Source of the DNA: Sulfurimonadaceae bacterium
GTDB lineage: Bacteria > Campylobacterota > Campylobacteria > Campylobacterales > Sulfurimonadaceae
Length of the DNA stretch: 17,761 nucleotides
Assembly: GCA_041562555.1 (NCBI GenBank)
Contig: JBFEXS010000035.1
Span: forward strand, 1 to 17,761
Direction of reading: 5' to 3'
Position 1 is the stretch's first letter, and each line of letters opens with the position of its first letter. Shown in pieces: positions 14,331 through 17,761 of this stretch. Below the pieces are notes generated by a model, which worked only from the letters and a program-made list of their open reading frames with translations, was not told the origin of the DNA and ran no database searches. Made by a program: the position numbers and the translations under genes.

Positions 14331-15704
14331 ATGAGCAGCACCGACTTTTCCAATCTTCCACTCTCCAAAGAGATCCTCCATAATTTACGCGAACTCGGGT
14401 ATTCAGAGATGACTCCCATTCAAGAACAGAGCCTTCCTGTTATCCTGCAGGGAAAGGATGTGATCGCACAGGCGAAGACAGGTTCGGGTAAGACTGCTGC
14501 CTTTGGTCTGGGCCTTTTGATGCAGCTTCAGGTCAAAAAGTTTAAGGTGCAGTCTCTCATCCTCTGTCCTACAAGGGAATTGGCGGACCAGGTGGCTAAA
14601 GAGTTGCGTCGTCTTGCCAGAGCGATTCATAATGTGAAGATATTGACCTTGTGCGGCGGGGCCGCTTTTGGTCCTCAACTGGGCTCTTTGCGTCATGGTG
14701 CGCATATTGTCGTGGGAACACCGGGACGTCTGCATGAGCATCTGAAGAAGGGCTCACTTAAGCTTGATGAGATGAAGACATTAGTCTTGGATGAAGCGGA
14801 TCGGATGCTGGATATGGGTTTTATCGAGGAGATCGAGCAGGTGATCTCCTATGCTCCGAGTCAGCGTCAGACACTTCTGTTCTCGGCGACATTTCCGGAG
14901 ACGATAGAAACGCTGAGTGAAACGATCCAGGAGAATGCGGTAAGTATCAAAACAACGGAACAGGAAAGCCACAATAGGATCAGTGAATATTTTTTCGGGA
15001 CAACAGAGAACGAAAAGCTCAGAACGCTTGTGAAGATCCTAGCCAAATATCGTCCCGAGACCACTATCGTCTTTGCCAATACCAAGATCGAGTGTCAGGA
15101 TATAGCAGATAGATTGCGCCAAAGAGATATCGATGCGCTGGCGATTCACGGTGATCTTGAACAGTATGAACGTAATGACGTACTGGTCCAGTTCTCAAAC
15201 CGCTCCTGTTCCGTATTGGTCGCAACAGATGTAGCTGCCCGTGGTCTGGATATCAAAGATCTGGAAATGGTGGTGAATTATGATCTTCCCCATAACACGC
15301 AGACGTACACCCACCGTATCGGTAGAACAGGACGCGCGGGTAAAGAGGGGCTGGCCTTTACATTCTACAGTGATGAGGAGTCAGCCTACGTAGATGAGTA
15401 TAGAGATGACAGGCGTATCTTTGATGAAGGCAGTCGGCTGGAAGATGCAGAAGACTTTTCACTTCAGCCCGCCAACGTGACATTGGTCATAGAGGGAGGG
15501 AAAAAGGATAAGATGCGTCCGGGAGATATCCTGGGAGCCCTGACCGGTGATGCAGGTTTGAACGGAAGCAGTATCGGTAAGATTGATATCTATGAACGAC
15601 AGTCCTATGTAGCTATTGAGCGAACACAGATCGATCGGGCCTATGCACGGCTGAAAGCGGGTAAGATCAAAGGGAAGAAGTTCTCTGTGTGGATACTGGA
15701 CTAG
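14331..15704 (+). CDS. dbpA: ATP-dependent DEAD-box RNA helicase DbpA
   Basis: Q motif MTPIQ, AKTGSGKT, PTRELA, TPGRL, DEAD, SAT, ARGLD, HRIGRTGRAG, and the C-terminal DbpA RNA-binding domain GGKKDKMRPGDILGALT. TATACT at 14297-14302 upstream. Confidence 0.95.
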   Translation: MSSTDFSNLPLSKEILHNLRELGYSEMTPIQEQSLPVILQGKDVIAQAKTGSGKTAAFGLGLLMQLQVKKFKVQSLILCPTRELADQVAKELRRLARAIHNVKILTLCGGAAFGPQLGSLRHGAHIVVGTPGRLHEHLKKGSLKLDEMKTLVLDEADRMLDMGFIEEIEQVISYAPSQRQTLLFSATFPETIETLSETIQENAVSIKTTEQESHNRISEYFFGTTENEKLRTLVKILAKYRPETTIVFANTKIECQDIADRLRQRDIDALAIHGDLEQYERNDVLVQFSNRSCSVLVATDVAARGLDIKDLEMVVNYDLPHNTQTYTHRIGRTGRAGKEGLAFTFYSDEESAYVDEYRDDRRIFDEGSRLEDAEDFSLQPANVTLVIEGGKKDKMRPGDILGALTGDAGLNGSSIGKIDIYERQSYVAIERTQIDRAYARLKAGKIKGKKFSVWILD

Positions 15705-16201
15705 AAAAAGATATCATCCAGTGTCTCTTCAGGGGTCTCTATCATACAGACTCCCAGCGCCATCTCAATGGTGTTAATATCGGAAATAATAGACTGCCTT
15801 TGTATCGGTATAAGCTCAAATTCTGGGCTTTTCAAGAAGTGCTGGGAAAACCATTTTTGTAATTCATTGCTAAACGAACATGTCAAATCCGCTATGGTAG
15901 TATCGTGTAGGATTTTATCTTGAAATTCGTAGATTAGAACCGAGAAGCGCTGGATGATCGGGAAGACCTCCATACGTTCTTCTTCTACACTCCTATTGAT
16001 GACCTGTGCTGCATAGGAGAGTTTTGAACTGACATTTTGTATACTGTATTTGTCTCTGCTGCAGTCACTGATAGCATCCACCACATTCTGGGCAATCGCT
16101 CTCTCATCTTCGATCTCTTCTTTACAACATAGGGAAAGCGCAGAGAAGTCCCGGCAATCTCTTCCGATGCAGGAATTGGTACTTTGAATACATTTTTTCA
16201 T
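15701..16201 (-). CDS. Hypothetical protein: Cys-rich N-terminus, helical body, acidic-aromatic tail (LDDIFF)
   Basis: 166-aa ORF whose stop overlaps the dbpA stop. TATAAT on minus at 16246-16251 upstream; no clear RBS. Confidence 0.7.
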   Translation of the reverse strand: MKKCIQSTNSCIGRDCRDFSALSLCCKEEIEDERAIAQNVVDAISDCSRDKYSIQNVSSKLSYAAQVINRSVEEERMEVFPIIQRFSVLIYEFQDKILHDTTIADLTCSFSNELQKWFSQHFLKSPEFELIPIQRQSIISDINTIEMALGVCMIETPEETLDDIFF

Positions 16202-16245
16202 TTTTACTTAAAACTGTTTGGGTTATTTTAGAATTTAGGAGGAGT

Positions 16246-16278
16246 ATTATAACCAAGAAGTGTTACACAAACGTTACA
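16246..16278 (-). promoter_or_regulatory. -10 TATAAT with an 11-bp-period direct repeat (TGTAAC-N5-TGTAAC) over the -35 region
   Basis: gttaca at 16262-16267 and 16273-16278; attata at 16246-16251. Confidence 0.5.
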
Positions 16279-16334
16279 GAATACAAGAATCTGCTTATAT
16301 TGATAAATATTAAGCAGAACGTCTTGAGAAGATG

Positions 16335-16363
16335 AAACTTCAAAGAGAGACTCTTTGAAGTTT
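16335..16363 (-). terminator. Intrinsic terminator downstream of the rhodanese gene
   Basis: Perfect 13-bp inverted repeat aaacttcaaagag-aga-ctctttgaagttt, 13 nt after the stop at 16377. Confidence 0.75.
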
Positions 16364-16376
16364 TGAATGGATTATA

Positions 16377-17756
16377 CTATTTGATAAGTTTATATGATTT
16401 ATCTTCATTGATGATAGCATTGGTGTGGGTACCATCTAGATGCAGACTACCTGTTGCATGAGGACTTACCATTGAACTATCCGGGTTGTAGACAAGGGAT
16501 TGCGTATATTCAGAAGTATCAAGTCTCCATTTTGTATCAGACGGAAGAAGTTGATTACCATTGGTATCTGTAGCATCAGCCATTTTCCCCCATTGGATCC
16601 ATGAACCATCGTACATACGTGTTGGATAGCCAAGGATAGCAGCAGAGGTGAAAGTAAGCATAGATGCTTTAGTACCTGTACGGCAATATACATAGGCAGT
16701 CTGTCCTGCTTCATACCCTGCATTTGCAAAGATTCCTTCGATTTCGTAGATGTCTTTGAAGGTATATGAGGCATCTTTCCCATCAACAATACCATCAAGG
16801 TTAACGTCAATACTTTGATCAGCTGTATTGATTACATTTGTGTAGTAGATATTTTGTGCACCGGCAATGTGACCGTCAAATGCAGTATAACACTGAGACG
16901 CACCATCAGTGCCACAGACTTTGAATTCTGTTTTGGCTTTTTTTGTACCAAAATACTCTGCTTCTGAACGGGCATCGATAATCATAGCATTTTGAACGCC
17001 ACTAGCGACCAGTTCCATCATATCTCCGGTAGTAGCTTGAAGAATAGTCCCATCTCGTTTAATCTCAGCGATTGAATGTGTACCGTTCATCGGTGGTACA
17101 GATTGGTTTGCAGTAAATAGATCTGCTTTGGTATACCCATGCAGATCTGTATTGATTTCAGGGTTTAGGACGTGTGATGCTTGACCACTGAGAACAGCGA
17201 TGTTTTCTTTTGGAATACCCCAGTAAGAAAGTGTATACCACATTCTGATCGCACCGGCATAATATCCTCCGTCAGCTTCTGCAACAACTAATAAGAACAT
17301 ATCGTGTTTCGGGTCGATGTTATACGCATAAAAAGCTTCATCCATTTGGTTTCCTGAGAAAACAGGTTTTGGAACATTAGAAACACCATCATTTCTAAAA
17401 TCACCAGTTGTCGTACAACCTGAAGTACGATCAAAGGTAAACGTATTTATATCATCATGTTTGATATAGTTGAACTGCTCACCGGCAATGTCACCCATTT
17501 GCATGACAAAAAGTTTGCCACTGATACCTGAAGGTTTGTTCTTTTGCCAATTTGTAATCCATGCAGCAGCTTTTTCAGCCGTTACAATCCCATAGTTGTT
17601 CATTGCATAGTCGTCGTTTGAACGGTGTGCCATCTCAGTCGAACTCAGAACCTTGATACTGTGCTCATACATATACTTGTGCTCGTTTGCGGCAGAAAGT
17701 GATGAGGTGATAGCTAATGAAGTTAATAATGATAAATATGTTTTAGAAAATGTCAT
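16377..17756 (-). CDS. Exported multi-domain rhodanese / sulfurtransferase
   Basis: Signal peptide MTFSKTYLSLLTSLAITSSLSA. Rhodanese motifs AIRMWYTLSYWG, IIDARSEAEYFG, GHIAGA, active-site loop YCRTG and C-terminal YDGSWIQW. The start is 5 nt from the window edge, so the RBS is not visible. Confidence 0.88.
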   Translation of the reverse strand: MTFSKTYLSLLTSLAITSSLSAANEHKYMYEHSIKVLSSTEMAHRSNDDYAMNNYGIVTAEKAAAWITNWQKNKPSGISGKLFVMQMGDIAGEQFNYIKHDDINTFTFDRTSGCTTTGDFRNDGVSNVPKPVFSGNQMDEAFYAYNIDPKHDMFLLVVAEADGGYYAGAIRMWYTLSYWGIPKENIAVLSGQASHVLNPEINTDLHGYTKADLFTANQSVPPMNGTHSIAEIKRDGTILQATTGDMMELVASGVQNAMIIDARSEAEYFGTKKAKTEFKVCGTDGASQCYTAFDGHIAGAQNIYYTNVINTADQSIDVNLDGIVDGKDASYTFKDIYEIEGIFANAGYEAGQTAYVYCRTGTKASMLTFTSAAILGYPTRMYDGSWIQWGKMADATDTNGNQLLPSDTKWRLDTSEYTQSLVYNPDSSMVSPHATGSLHLDGTHTNAIINEDKSYKLIK

Positions 17757-17761
17757 TTTGA

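Noticed and set aside
16237..16244. Strong AGGAGGAG on the + strand as RBS of a hidden gene
   Set aside because: No start codon at suitable spacing follows it.
520..16810. Many 60-170 aa antisense or alternate-frame ORFs in the track (e.g. 1776-2285, 3271-3768, 9207-9611, 10701-11219, 16466-16810)
   Set aside because: All lie within well-supported genes and show no recognisable motifs; they are shadow ORFs.
1..17761. CRISPR array, tRNA/rRNA, IS element, prophage or defence system
   Set aside because: No regularly spaced repeats, RNA-gene signatures, transposase/integrase or nuclease motifs were seen.

Overview
Chromosomal window from a Campylobacterota (epsilonproteobacterial, Sulfurimonas/Sulfurovum-like) genome; taxonomy is inferred from gene families and promoter style. 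The left third holds the distal part of a Cts/MSHA-like type IV pilus or T2SS-like operon: AAA ATPase fragment, TPR protein, exported hypothetical, GspE/MshE ATPase with an MshEN c-di-GMP motif, and GspF/PilC. Facing it on the minus strand are an orphan membrane histidine kinase, two type IV pilin-like genes and an EAL-HDOD protein with a degenerate EAL site. The rest is agmatine deiminase, alr-truC, a single-domain globin with a Crp/Fnr-type palindrome, an NlpC/P60 lipoprotein, a PP0621-family protein, hypotheticals, an RluA-family synthase, dbpA, a Cys-rich hypothetical and an exported multi-domain rhodanese. Reading the gaps by hand gave three unannotated 30-40 aa single-TM ORFs, two probable leaderless genes and several repeat-type operator candidates. 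No rRNA, tRNA, CRISPR or mobile element was seen. The best candidate for an undescribed system is a c-di-GMP-gated pilus module with a catalytically dead EAL-HDOD partner, an orphan kinase and small membrane proteins; that linkage is inference.
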